Below are positions 50,598 through 57,537 of a DNA stretch of 57,537 nt, in pieces. The stretch is from a virus. The notes under the pieces were generated by a model. That model saw only the letters and a list, made by a program, of their open reading frames with translations. It ran no database searches and was not told where the DNA came from. Every line of letters begins with the position of its first letter. The stretch's first letter is position 1. The stretch lies in the IMG/VR virus record IMGVR_UViG_3300031539_000033, one strand, 5' to 3'. Made by a program: the position numbers and the translations under genes.

Positions 50598-51278
50598 GTG
50601 ATGGGAAAGCTTAGACGCGAGTACCCCATACTCTGTGACGGTGAAGCAACGATAAGTGTGGTGCCGAGCGGGTGCAATTACGTGGAGAGCGGAGAGGCAC
50701 TGTGGGAGTTGCTGTGGTCTCATGTGCCCACTGGCTCGATAACGGAGGCGCTAAAAATCGCTCACACTAAGCGTCCCGCACAGGGAGTAGACCACTTGCT
50801 CGAAGCCGCGAAGCAACGTGCCCAGGAAGCTCCGCCGTGCAAGCCCGAGCAGTGCCTCGACAAGGGCAAGATGGCGGTGAAGGTGCTGTTGGCAACCGAC
50901 CCTACCGAATGCCCCCGCGGATGGAGGTCGATGCTGTTTCAGGTTGGGGAACGATTTACGTCGCCCTGGTATCAACAGATCGTCGGCGTCTATCGGGTAC
51001 CCCGCGGCACTACTGTTGCCACACGAAGCGCTGCGACGGACGGCATTCCCGAAGTTCTCGCGGCCATCCGCGACGCGGGCGGCGAGTGCCTTGCGGGAGA
51101 GCCGCTGCCGGAGAAGCAGAAGCAGACGTGGCCGAAGGTGGCGCGCCAGGACGCAGTCCCGAGTTGCGGAAAGTGTGGGTGTATTGTTCTCCATAACGCG
51201 ACGGAATGCTACCGCTGCAACGTTGCCTTGTCCGGCGAAGTCCCCTGGAAGCCCTATCCCCCGAACGAGGAGTGCTGA
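50598..51278 (+). CDS. Hypothetical protein
   Basis: 226 aa. C-terminal CGKCGC...CYRC. Confidence 0.6.
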   Translation: MMGKLRREYPILCDGEATISVVPSGCNYVESGEALWELLWSHVPTGSITEALKIAHTKRPAQGVDHLLEAAKQRAQEAPPCKPEQCLDKGKMAVKVLLATDPTECPRGWRSMLFQVGERFTSPWYQQIVGVYRVPRGTTVATRSAATDGIPEVLAAIRDAGGECLAGEPLPEKQKQTWPKVARQDAVPSCGKCGCIVLHNATECYRCNVALSGEVPWKPYPPNEEC

Positions 51279-51279
51279 T

Positions 51280-51528
51280 ATGCACAAGCACGACGATGCG
51301 ACAATCCACTTCTCTATCCGGCGGTTGCTGAGTGTCTTTTTCGTCACCGCCATTATCAGTTTCGTCTGCTGGTGCTTCGCCGAGGGTTGGCGCAAGTGTG
51401 CTCGGAACCCGCGTCTTCTCCAAAGTCCGCAGCGACAGGTGGAGGAGGAGCGGTATTCGCAGATGATAGACCGCGACCTTCCGCCGCAGAACGCCGATGG
51501 GAGTTGGCGGCTAGTGAGCGCGCAGTAA
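51280..51528 (+). CDS. Small membrane protein
   Basis: 82 aa. LLSVFFVTAIISFVCWCF TM segment. Confidence 0.5.
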   Translation: MHKHDDATIHFSIRRLLSVFFVTAIISFVCWCFAEGWRKCARNPRLLQSPQRQVEEERYSQMIDRDLPPQNADGSWRLVSAQ

Positions 51529-51578
51529 CGGTCGAAGGTGACCGGGCGAGGCGACCGACAAACCCAGAGGAGGACAGC

Positions 51579-51800
51579 ATGGGCAAAGCGGGAGCCAGCA
51601 GACGAGAGGCCGCACTACGGAAGCAGATGACGTTTCTAGCGGAGTTGTTCGAGGAGGCGATTGTGGAGACGCAGTGCCAAGAAGTCTACTACGAGGGCCA
51701 GCGACGATCCGAACCGGCGGAGGAGTGCCGGGAGAGGGAGCGGCACTGTAGGCGGCGGGCAGAACAGCTCGCCAGACTGACGGAGGAGGTGAGATTGTGA
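51579..51800 (+). CDS. Small hypothetical protein
   Basis: 73 aa. SD gaggagga upstream of the ATG. Confidence 0.55.
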   Translation: MGKAGASRREAALRKQMTFLAELFEEAIVETQCQEVYYEGQRRSEPAEECRERERHCRRRAEQLARLTEEVRL

Positions 51801-52129
51801 AGTATCCACAGTGGACGTACACGGTTCGCGTAACACAGCAGGCCGGGGGATACTCGTCCCCCGAGGTGGTCACATCGCCAGAGCAGGCTGTGGCGGACAT
51901 GGGTAGCGCAGCCGGTCTATCCGGGGCATTTCGTGTGGCGCTAATGGAGACTGAGAGGGTGAGCGCTTACGACTCAAAGCCAGCGGTGGCGGTCACCGAC
52001 GTGGCTGGCGCAGCCCACCCGGAGTTTGCCGCAGAGCGCCTCGTTTCCCTGCGGGCCGAACTCACTATCGTAGACCATTTCGCTATGAGATTCCCGCCAG
52101 AACCGACGGAGGAGAATGAGGAGGGATGA
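51797..52129 (+). CDS. Hypothetical protein
   Basis: 110 aa. GTGA coupling. Confidence 0.55.
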   Translation: MKYPQWTYTVRVTQQAGGYSSPEVVTSPEQAVADMGSAAGLSGAFRVALMETERVSAYDSKPAVAVTDVAGAAHPEFAAERLVSLRAELTIVDHFAMRFPPEPTEENEEG

Positions 52130-52410
52130 CCACCCAACGCGAACCCGCCCCGGCCTATGAGTACGGCATCCTCGACGGCAGGGCCGCGAGCGGCGAGGAC
52201 GTGACGGTTGACTACCTGATCGAATTCATCGGAGAGGAAGATGGCGTAACCGATGATGCGAGTGCCGTTGCTTGCCTATACAGGAACTACCCAGGCATGG
52301 ACTACGTGATCGGTAAGTTTCGCAGAGGCGGAGACTATGGGCGCGGTGAGCGCATATGGGATGACCGCCCCGACGAGTTCGTGCCGGAAGGGAAACACGA
52401 TGGCAAGTAA
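52126..52410 (+). CDS. Hypothetical protein
   Basis: 94 aa. ATGA coupling. Confidence 0.55.
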   Translation: MTTQREPAPAYEYGILDGRAASGEDVTVDYLIEFIGEEDGVTDDASAVACLYRNYPGMDYVIGKFRRGGDYGRGERIWDDRPDEFVPEGKHDGK

Positions 52411-52657
52411 CAGCGAAACCGCCTCAGCCCCCGTGGGGACCGAAGCGGCTTCAGGCAAGAGAAGTGTACCCGCCTTCTGCCGCACTTGTCAACTGCGCCA
52501 CAAGCCCTGCGGTTACTACTGGCAGGAGTGCGCCGCTATGGATGAAGCGGAGGCTACCCGCCGCCACAAGGATGAAGTGGACGCGGTGGCATGGGCGCTT
52601 GATCGCGTATTCGAGCCGCTAGAGCGCGGCGGAGAGGAGAAGGAAGCTTGTGAGTGA
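52400..52657 (+). CDS. Hypothetical protein
   Basis: 85 aa (MASNSETASA...). CRTC...C...C. Confidence 0.5.
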   Translation: MASNSETASAPVGTEAASGKRSVPAFCRTCQLRHKPCGYYWQECAAMDEAEATRRHKDEVDAVAWALDRVFEPLERGGEEKEACE

Positions 52658-53564
52658 GGCTACGCTTTCCCCCAAGCGAGTGAACGGCATAGGCGGCTCC
52701 GAAGCTGCCGCCGTGCTCGGATTGTCTCCCTGGAAAACGCCCTATCAGGTCTGGTGCGACAAGCTCGGACTGTCAGGCGAACAGGAGACAACCCCCGCGA
52801 TGGAGTGGGGTACGAGACTAGAGCCGGTGGTTCGGCAGAAGTATGCCGACGAGACCGGGCGGACAGTGAGCTTTCCGGTCGGCGATGAGTACGGGCATAT
52901 GCAGAGTGTGGAGCATCCCTTCATGCTAGCGACGCTCGACGGTATCACCGACGACGGGCGCGGCCTGGAGATCAAGACCTCACGCTCCGGCGCAGAGTGG
53001 GGCGATGAGGGGACCGACGAGGTTCCCCAAGTCTACGTGATTCAGTGTCAGCACAACATGATTGTGTCTGGCCTGGAGGTGTTCGACATTCCCCTGCTGA
53101 TCGCCGGCTCTGACTTCCGAATCTACGAAGTGCCCCGCGACGAGGAACTTCAGGCGCTTATCATCGAGCGGGAGGCGGCATTCTGGAAGATGGTGGAGGC
53201 GCAGACCCCGCCAGAGCCGGTGAACCTCGCCGATGCGATGAAGCGGTTTGCGACCTCGACGGAAGAGGTGGTGACTGCCATGCCGGACGCTATAGAGGCG
53301 GTCAATACCCTGCGTACTCTCAAGCAACGGGCGCAGGACCTCAAGGCAGACGAAGAGGGCGCGAGGTTTACGATCCTGCAAGCCCTCCGAGAGGCGGACA
53401 CCCTCGCCGACGCTGAGGGCAACGTTCTGCTGACCTACAAGCAGGCCAAGGACTCCTCACGCTTCGACCCCAAGGCATTCCGAGAGGCCCACCCGGACCT
53501 GTACGCGTCGTTCACAAAGACGCTGCCGGGGAGCCGACGCCTACTCCTGAAGGGAGGCAACTGA
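52650..53564 (+). CDS. YqaJ-like (lambda-exonuclease-fold) recombination exonuclease
   Basis: GIGGSEAAAVLGLSPWKTPYQVW...ATLDG...LEIKTS (PD-(D/E)xK). Confidence 0.85.
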   Translation: MSEATLSPKRVNGIGGSEAAAVLGLSPWKTPYQVWCDKLGLSGEQETTPAMEWGTRLEPVVRQKYADETGRTVSFPVGDEYGHMQSVEHPFMLATLDGITDDGRGLEIKTSRSGAEWGDEGTDEVPQVYVIQCQHNMIVSGLEVFDIPLLIAGSDFRIYEVPRDEELQALIIEREAAFWKMVEAQTPPEPVNLADAMKRFATSTEEVVTAMPDAIEAVNTLRTLKQRAQDLKADEEGARFTILQALREADTLADAEGNVLLTYKQAKDSSRFDPKAFREAHPDLYASFTKTLPGSRRLLLKGGN

Positions 53565-53565
53565 C

Positions 53566-54513
53566 GTGACTCAGTTAGAGAAGCTCACCGACGAAGGCGA
53601 GAATCGTATCGCCGCCCGCCCGCAACAGCAGGACGCCCTCGTGGCGGCGGTATCACAGCGAGAGATCGCCGAGGTACAGGCGATGATGCTAGTGGCGCAG
53701 AGGTTCCCCCGCGACGAAAAGGACGCGAGGGAGCGCATCCTCATTGCCTGCCAGCGGTCAGGACTGGCGGAAGGGGCGATGTACACGTACGCCCGCGGTG
53801 GCACGAACATCACCGGCCCGAGCATCCGCCTCGCTGAGGCTATCGCTCAGAACTGGGGCAACCTGGACTTTGGGATTCGAGAACTCGACCAGCGCCCCGG
53901 CGAGAGCACGATGCAGGCGTATGCGTGGGACCTGGAGCGGAACGTGCGGCAGGTGCGGAGCTTCAAGGTGAAGCACGTTCGCCACACCCGGAAGACATCC
54001 TACGCGCTCGAAGACCCCCGAGACATCTACGAGATGACCGCCAATCAGGGGGCGCGACGGGTACGGGCCTGCATCCTCGGGCTAATACCCGGTGACATCG
54101 TGGAGGAGGCCGTCACTCAGTGCGAGGAGACACTGAAGGCCAAGGCGGATACCTCCCCCGACGGTATCAAGAAGATGCTCACCGCCTTTGAGAAATACGG
54201 GGTGACGAAGGAACAGATCGAGATTCGCCTACAGCGCAAGCTCGACGCGATGACCCCGGCGCAGATGGTCGGACTCCAGAAGATATACACCTCGCTCAAG
54301 GACGGCATGAGCGTCGCGGCTGAGTGGTTCCAGACGGAGGAACCGCCCATGGAAGAACGGGGCGGCATTGCTGGCGTTAAGGACGCGCTCAAGCGGAAGC
54401 GGGGACCGAACAAGGCTACCCCCGAAAGTGCCCCGGCAGAAGAGGAGGCCGAAACATCTGCCGGTGGCAATGGTGAAGCTGAAACGCCGACCGACCTTGG
54501 ACTGGATAAGTGA
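53566..54513 (+). CDS. Putative single-strand annealing protein partnering the exonuclease
   Basis: 315 aa. GTG 1 nt after the exonuclease stop. Conserved-looking core GPSIRLAEAIAQNWGNL...AYAWDLERN...DPRDIYE..ANQGARRVRACIL. The family was not resolved by eye. Confidence 0.55.
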   Translation: MTQLEKLTDEGENRIAARPQQQDALVAAVSQREIAEVQAMMLVAQRFPRDEKDARERILIACQRSGLAEGAMYTYARGGTNITGPSIRLAEAIAQNWGNLDFGIRELDQRPGESTMQAYAWDLERNVRQVRSFKVKHVRHTRKTSYALEDPRDIYEMTANQGARRVRACILGLIPGDIVEEAVTQCEETLKAKADTSPDGIKKMLTAFEKYGVTKEQIEIRLQRKLDAMTPAQMVGLQKIYTSLKDGMSVAAEWFQTEEPPMEERGGIAGVKDALKRKRGPNKATPESAPAEEEAETSAGGNGEAETPTDLGLDK

Positions 54514-54526
54514 GTAGTCCACTTGC

Positions 54527-54582
54527 GGGGCGGTCCCGGTCTTGCTGCTTGTCGGCGAGAACCCGCGGGCCGGGGCCGCCCC
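54527..54582 (+). repeat. Long-armed GC hairpin, copy 1
   Basis: Arms GGGGCGGTCCCGG / CCGGGGCCGCCCC (13 bp, one G-U) with a 30-nt loop, followed by gagaaagagagagagcg-ATG. Confidence 0.75.
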
Positions 54583-54601
54583 CCGAGAAAGAGAGAGAGC
54601 G

Positions 54602-54841
54602 ATGGACGGATATCAGATGGGCAAGGACATGGCGGCGTTGCAGGGCAGGATCACCGCTCTGTCTGAAAGACTGGAAGTGGCAGAGCGGGGAGTTGGTGAC
54701 TCCTCGGCAACCATCACGGAGTTCGTGAAGGCACTGGAGGATGAGGGTTTGGTTGAGTTTCCAGAAAGCGGCGACACCTGGATTCTGCACCCGGAGGTCG
54801 CGAAACTCATCCACAAGGACGACCCCGAAGACGAAGACTAG
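54602..54841 (+). CDS. Small acidic protein
   Basis: 79 aa (MDGYQMGKDMAALQ...). Confidence 0.55.
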   Translation: MDGYQMGKDMAALQGRITALSERLEVAERGVGDSSATITEFVKALEDEGLVEFPESGDTWILHPEVAKLIHKDDPEDED

Positions 54842-54850
54842 CACATTCGC

Positions 54851-54911
54851 GGGGCGGTCCCGGTATTGTGGCTTGGCCATGTTAGTGATTAACCCTTGCC
54901 GGGGCCGCCCC
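54851..54911 (+). repeat. Long-armed GC hairpin, copy 2
   Basis: Identical 13-nt arms with a 35-nt loop, followed by cgaaaggagagagagagc-ATG. Confidence 0.75.
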
Positions 54912-54933
54912 CTAACGAAAGGAGAGAGAGAGC

Positions 54934-55077
54934 ATGACCAAACAGAGCGAAGTCGAGCGACTCGAAGCAGAGAGCCTTGCGGCATGGGAGAAACTGAAGC
55001 AGGCGAAGCGCCTAGCCGACCAGCAGCGACAAGCGCGGCGCGACCAGGCGGCAACGGCGTGCGAGGAGGGAGAGTGA
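54934..55077 (+). CDS. 47-aa coiled-coil peptide (below the track cutoff)
   Basis: Hand translation MTKQSEVERLEAESLAAWEKLKQAKRLADQQRQARRDQAATACEEGE. Its stop overlaps the next ATG. Confidence 0.45.
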   Translation: MTKQSEVERLEAESLAAWEKLKQAKRLADQQRQARRDQAATACEEGE

Positions 55078-55388
55078 TGGCCTACCAAATCAGGCTCAAG
55101 GGCAAGCAGCAGGAGGACCTCATTCTGGTAGGTTCGCTGAAGCGGGGTGGCATTATCACGACCCCGGAGCGGCACCGAGACGTTCTCCTTGGCCTTGCTT
55201 ACCTCAATGAGGACGGGGAGATCATGCGACTCCACGAGCAGATCGGAACAAGGGCGGACATCACGATTACCGGGCGAGTGAAGGCACCCCAGCGGCGGCA
55301 GACATACGCGGACAACCTATGTGGCTTGGCGACATGGCTCGACGCGGCCTGCGGAGACTTGCCCGCCGACATCCCGGAGATTCAATGA
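55077..55388 (+). CDS. Hypothetical protein
   Basis: 103 aa (MAYQIRLKGKQQ...). TGATG coupling. Confidence 0.55.
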   Translation: MAYQIRLKGKQQEDLILVGSLKRGGIITTPERHRDVLLGLAYLNEDGEIMRLHEQIGTRADITITGRVKAPQRRQTYADNLCGLATWLDAACGDLPADIPEIQ

Positions 55389-55981
55389 CCCAAGTCTCCC
55401 GAGCCATCGCCGCCCCCTGTTTTGACTACGATGAGGCTGACTACGGAGCGCGTTGGCTTCAGGCAGATCGTGGCCCGTGGCGACTCTACTGCATCCTGCG
55501 CGACGGCAAGTGGCATACATCCTCAGAACTTCACGCAGCATACAATGCCGCGAAGGTTGAGTGGGGGGACGGCCTGCTGGCGGGTTGGTCTTGGGATGGA
55601 GCGAAGGCACAACTAAAGAAAAGAGGATTTCGCATTGAGTCCAAGCGGATTGTGGAGCGCAGGGAGTTTCGTCACCGACTCACCCACTACCCAGACGACA
55701 GAACCGTGAAGCCAGAACCGAACCCACAACTGGAGGCGGCGAAGGAGCGGACGGAAGCGGCGTTGGCGGGTATGCGCCGGAGAACCGAGAGGGTGTCCCA
55801 CACGACGCCAAGCAACAGCCCGGAACCTCTCGCCGGGGACCCGCAGGGGGGCTGGCAGCAGCCATCGTGCTCACCAGTCCCCCGCCCCTCCCCCTCGCGC
55901 TGGCAGGATCGCGTCGGCGTGAGCGGTGCGGCGCGGAAGGCGGGCGGGCAGCAAGGGGAGCTATGGAGGGAAAGAGGATGA
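55385..55981 (+). CDS. Hypothetical protein (possible winged-helix N-domain)
   Basis: 198 aa. ATGA coupling. Pro-rich C-terminal tail. Confidence 0.55.
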   Translation: MTQVSRAIAAPCFDYDEADYGARWLQADRGPWRLYCILRDGKWHTSSELHAAYNAAKVEWGDGLLAGWSWDGAKAQLKKRGFRIESKRIVERREFRHRLTHYPDDRTVKPEPNPQLEAAKERTEAALAGMRRRTERVSHTTPSNSPEPLAGDPQGGWQQPSCSPVPRPSPSRWQDRVGVSGAARKAGGQQGELWRERG

Positions 55982-56202
55982 GCACAAACGGAACAACATG
56001 GCACGCCCAATGGGAGCATATGCGAGATTGCTACGTTAGGGAGCGCAAAGAGAAGGACGCCGCCCTCGCTGCCCTCGCGGAACTCAAGACGGTGGCGGAG
56101 GGGCTGCGGAATGCTCTTGGCGAGAGGGACCTTTCAAGTCTCGATGATGATGACTGGGCTGCCATCGACGCACTCGCCGCCCGGAAGGAGAAGAACCCGT
56201 GA
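55978..56202 (+). CDS. Small hypothetical protein
   Basis: 74 aa. ATGA-type coupling. Confidence 0.5.
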   Translation: MSTNGTTWHAQWEHMRDCYVRERKEKDAALAALAELKTVAEGLRNALGERDLSSLDDDDWAAIDALAARKEKNP

Positions 56203-56381
56203 GGTTCCGCCGGTGGACAACCTGGCTGGGGGTGATGGTGCTGCTTCTGGCAGCGGCGTGGGCTTGCGTGCGGATCGGCTGCGCCTTCGCCGAAATTGAG
56301 CGGGCCGCGGCGAGGACCGCTACAGCGATGGAGCAGACGGCGGAATACAAGGCGGCGGAGTGGCTAGGACCGCCGCCATGA
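56199..56381 (+). CDS. Small membrane protein
   Basis: 60 aa. WLGVMVLLLAAAWACV TM segment. Confidence 0.45.
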   Translation: MRFRRWTTWLGVMVLLLAAAWACVRIGCAFAEIERAAARTATAMEQTAEYKAAEWLGPPP

Positions 56382-57121
56382 CCTTTGGTTCCCTGTTCGC
56401 GGGGATCGGAGGGCTGGACCTCGGACTCGAACGAGCCGGCATGACGTGCAAATGGCAGGTAGAGAACGATTCATACGCCGTCAAGCTACTGGAGAAGCAC
56501 TGGCCTGATGTCACACGATACGGAGACATCCGAGAAGTCGAATGGGAGGGAGTCGAACCCGTTGACCTCATCTGTGCCGGGTTCCCCTGCCAGGATGTAT
56601 CAGTCGCCGGCAAGCGGGCGGGAATCGAAGGCGAGAGAACGGGACTCTGGACTGAGGTCGTCCGATGCCTTCGCGATCTACGACCCCGACTCATCCTGCT
56701 GGAAAACGTGCCAGGCCTCCTTTCCCTGGGGTTCGGACGAGTTCTCGGGGACCTGGCCGAGGGCGGGTACGATGCGGAATGGGGAATGTTTTCGGCGTGC
56801 GCCCTGGGTGCGCCACATACACGACAAAGGGTGTTCATTGTGGCTTACGCCGGGGGCGACAGAATACAAGGGCGGTTCTCTCCGGTGGGCTGCGGCATGG
56901 GGGCGTGGGGAGATCATACCGACTACATATCAACGTCTACGGACCCAAGTGCTTATCGGAGAGGAACGGTTTGGGCGAGTGAACCCAGCGTGGGAAGAGT
57001 GGTTGATGGGCTACCATATCTCATGGACAGACTTAGATGCCTCGGCAACACCGTCGTCCCCCAGGTCGCGGAGTGGATCGGGCGGCGGATAGTGACGGCA
57101 GTGGGACCGCCGCCGAGATGA
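56378..57121 (+). CDS. DNA (cytosine-5) methyltransferase, short-TRD type
   Basis: FGSLFAGIGGLDLG (I), GFPCQDVS (IV), LENVPGL (VI), TRQRVFIVA (VIII), LGNTVVPQVAEWIG (X). Confidence 0.85.
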   Translation: MTFGSLFAGIGGLDLGLERAGMTCKWQVENDSYAVKLLEKHWPDVTRYGDIREVEWEGVEPVDLICAGFPCQDVSVAGKRAGIEGERTGLWTEVVRCLRDLRPRLILLENVPGLLSLGFGRVLGDLAEGGYDAEWGMFSACALGAPHTRQRVFIVAYAGGDRIQGRFSPVGCGMGAWGDHTDYISTSTDPSAYRRGTVWASEPSVGRVVDGLPYLMDRLRCLGNTVVPQVAEWIGRRIVTAVGPPPR

Positions 57122-57201
57122 CAGGGCGAGGGAGGTAGAGTGGCGACAGTTGACGGGCCAACACATGACATTCCGAGATCGCGGCAGGAGACATAGCTAG
57201 A

Positions 57202-57537
57202 ATGGCAGGCGAGGGATACGAGGAATTTGAGTGCAACAAGTTTTGGGGCGACGCGTGGATCAAGTCGCTGATGCTCGCGGGCAAGTTCGCCCACGTCCTC
57301 CTGTTTGAGTGGGCATGGATGGGGCCGATGCGAACCCCAAGCGGTCTCTTCCAGTGCCCCATTGACGCCGTGCGCCACCTCGCCAACTTCAAGAAGCTAA
57401 CCCCGAAGAGATTCCGCACTATGGTCGAGGAAGCCACCGCCCAACCCATAAGCGGCCTTGCCTGGTTCCCTGACCGGGACTACTGGTGGGTCAAGAACTA
57501 CATCGGCTACCGCTCCGACAGCCCCAACAAGCTCGTC
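57202..57537 (+). CDS. N-terminal part of the junction-spanning ORF (continues at nt 2-673)
   Basis: ATG 57202; open to the window end; in frame with the ORF 11-673 through the terminal repeat. Confidence 0.7.
   Translation, partial: MAGEGYEEFECNKFWGDAWIKSLMLAGKFAHVLLFEWAWMGPMRTPSGLFQCPIDAVRHLANFKKLTPKRFRTMVEEATAQPISGLAWFPDRDYWWVKNYIGYRSDSPNKLV
57411..57537. repeat. Terminal direct repeat, copy 2
   Basis: Identical to nt 1-127. Confidence 0.97.

Larger units (their letters stand above)
1..57537. mobile_element. Complete circular genome of a temperate siphovirus-like phage (unique length 57,410 bp)
   Basis: Exact 127-nt overlap of the two window ends. Terminase, portal, capsid, tail, lysis, integrase and recombination modules fill the window, with no flanking host genes. 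Confidence 0.85.

Overview
The window is a complete, circularly closed genome of a visibly GC-rich temperate tailed phage. Its unique length is 57,410 bp: nt 1-127 recur exactly at 57411-57537, and one ORF reads straight through that junction. Nearly all genes are on the + strand. In order: (1) early or accessory small ORFs, including a MazG-like protein, a DUF4326-like protein, HNH and RusA (0-7.9 kb). (2) A two-gene leftward island plus about 300 nt of non-coding control DNA (7.9-8.85 kb). (3) A ParB-DNA methyltransferase, small and large terminase, portal, a MuF-like protein and a 1045-aa protease-scaffold-capsid fusion (9.2-19.7 kb). (4) A glycosyltransferase/methyltransferase cassette spliced into the structural operon (19.7-25.7 kb). 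(5) Head-tail joining genes, a GT9 heptosyltransferase, the major tail protein, a -1 frameshifted chaperone, a 1147-aa tape measure and tip/fibre proteins (25.7-40 kb); no sheath gene, so siphovirus-like. (6) Holin-amidase lysis genes and secreted or membrane proteins (40-43.3 kb). (7) An HTH-metallophosphoesterase. (8) A promoter-driven array of small ORFs with repeated hairpin and leader units, ending in an HTH gene (45.5-47.5 kb). (9) A leftward lysogeny/moron block with a prepilin-type H-X9-DG protein, a membrane protein and a tyrosine integrase (47.6-49.5 kb). (10) A rightward early operon with a YqaJ-type exonuclease, an annealing protein and a C5 cytosine methyltransferase (49.6-57.1 kb). 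I saw no tRNA, rRNA or CRISPR array, and no recognisable DNA polymerase, helicase or primase. The most notable observation is the large sugar-chemistry investment inside the virion operon: GT4-GT2, an AlkP-family enzyme, two SAM methyltransferases, a second GT4, and a separate GT9 beside the tail-tube gene. This may be a virion glycosylation system. Other points worth a second look are the cassette-like small-gene array behind an operator-bearing consensus promoter, the pilin-like moron (which hints at a PVC-group host), a triple-repeat HxH tail protein, and two places where coding signal is odd with respect to frame. All functional calls rest on motifs read by eye from the translations; no database search was run.
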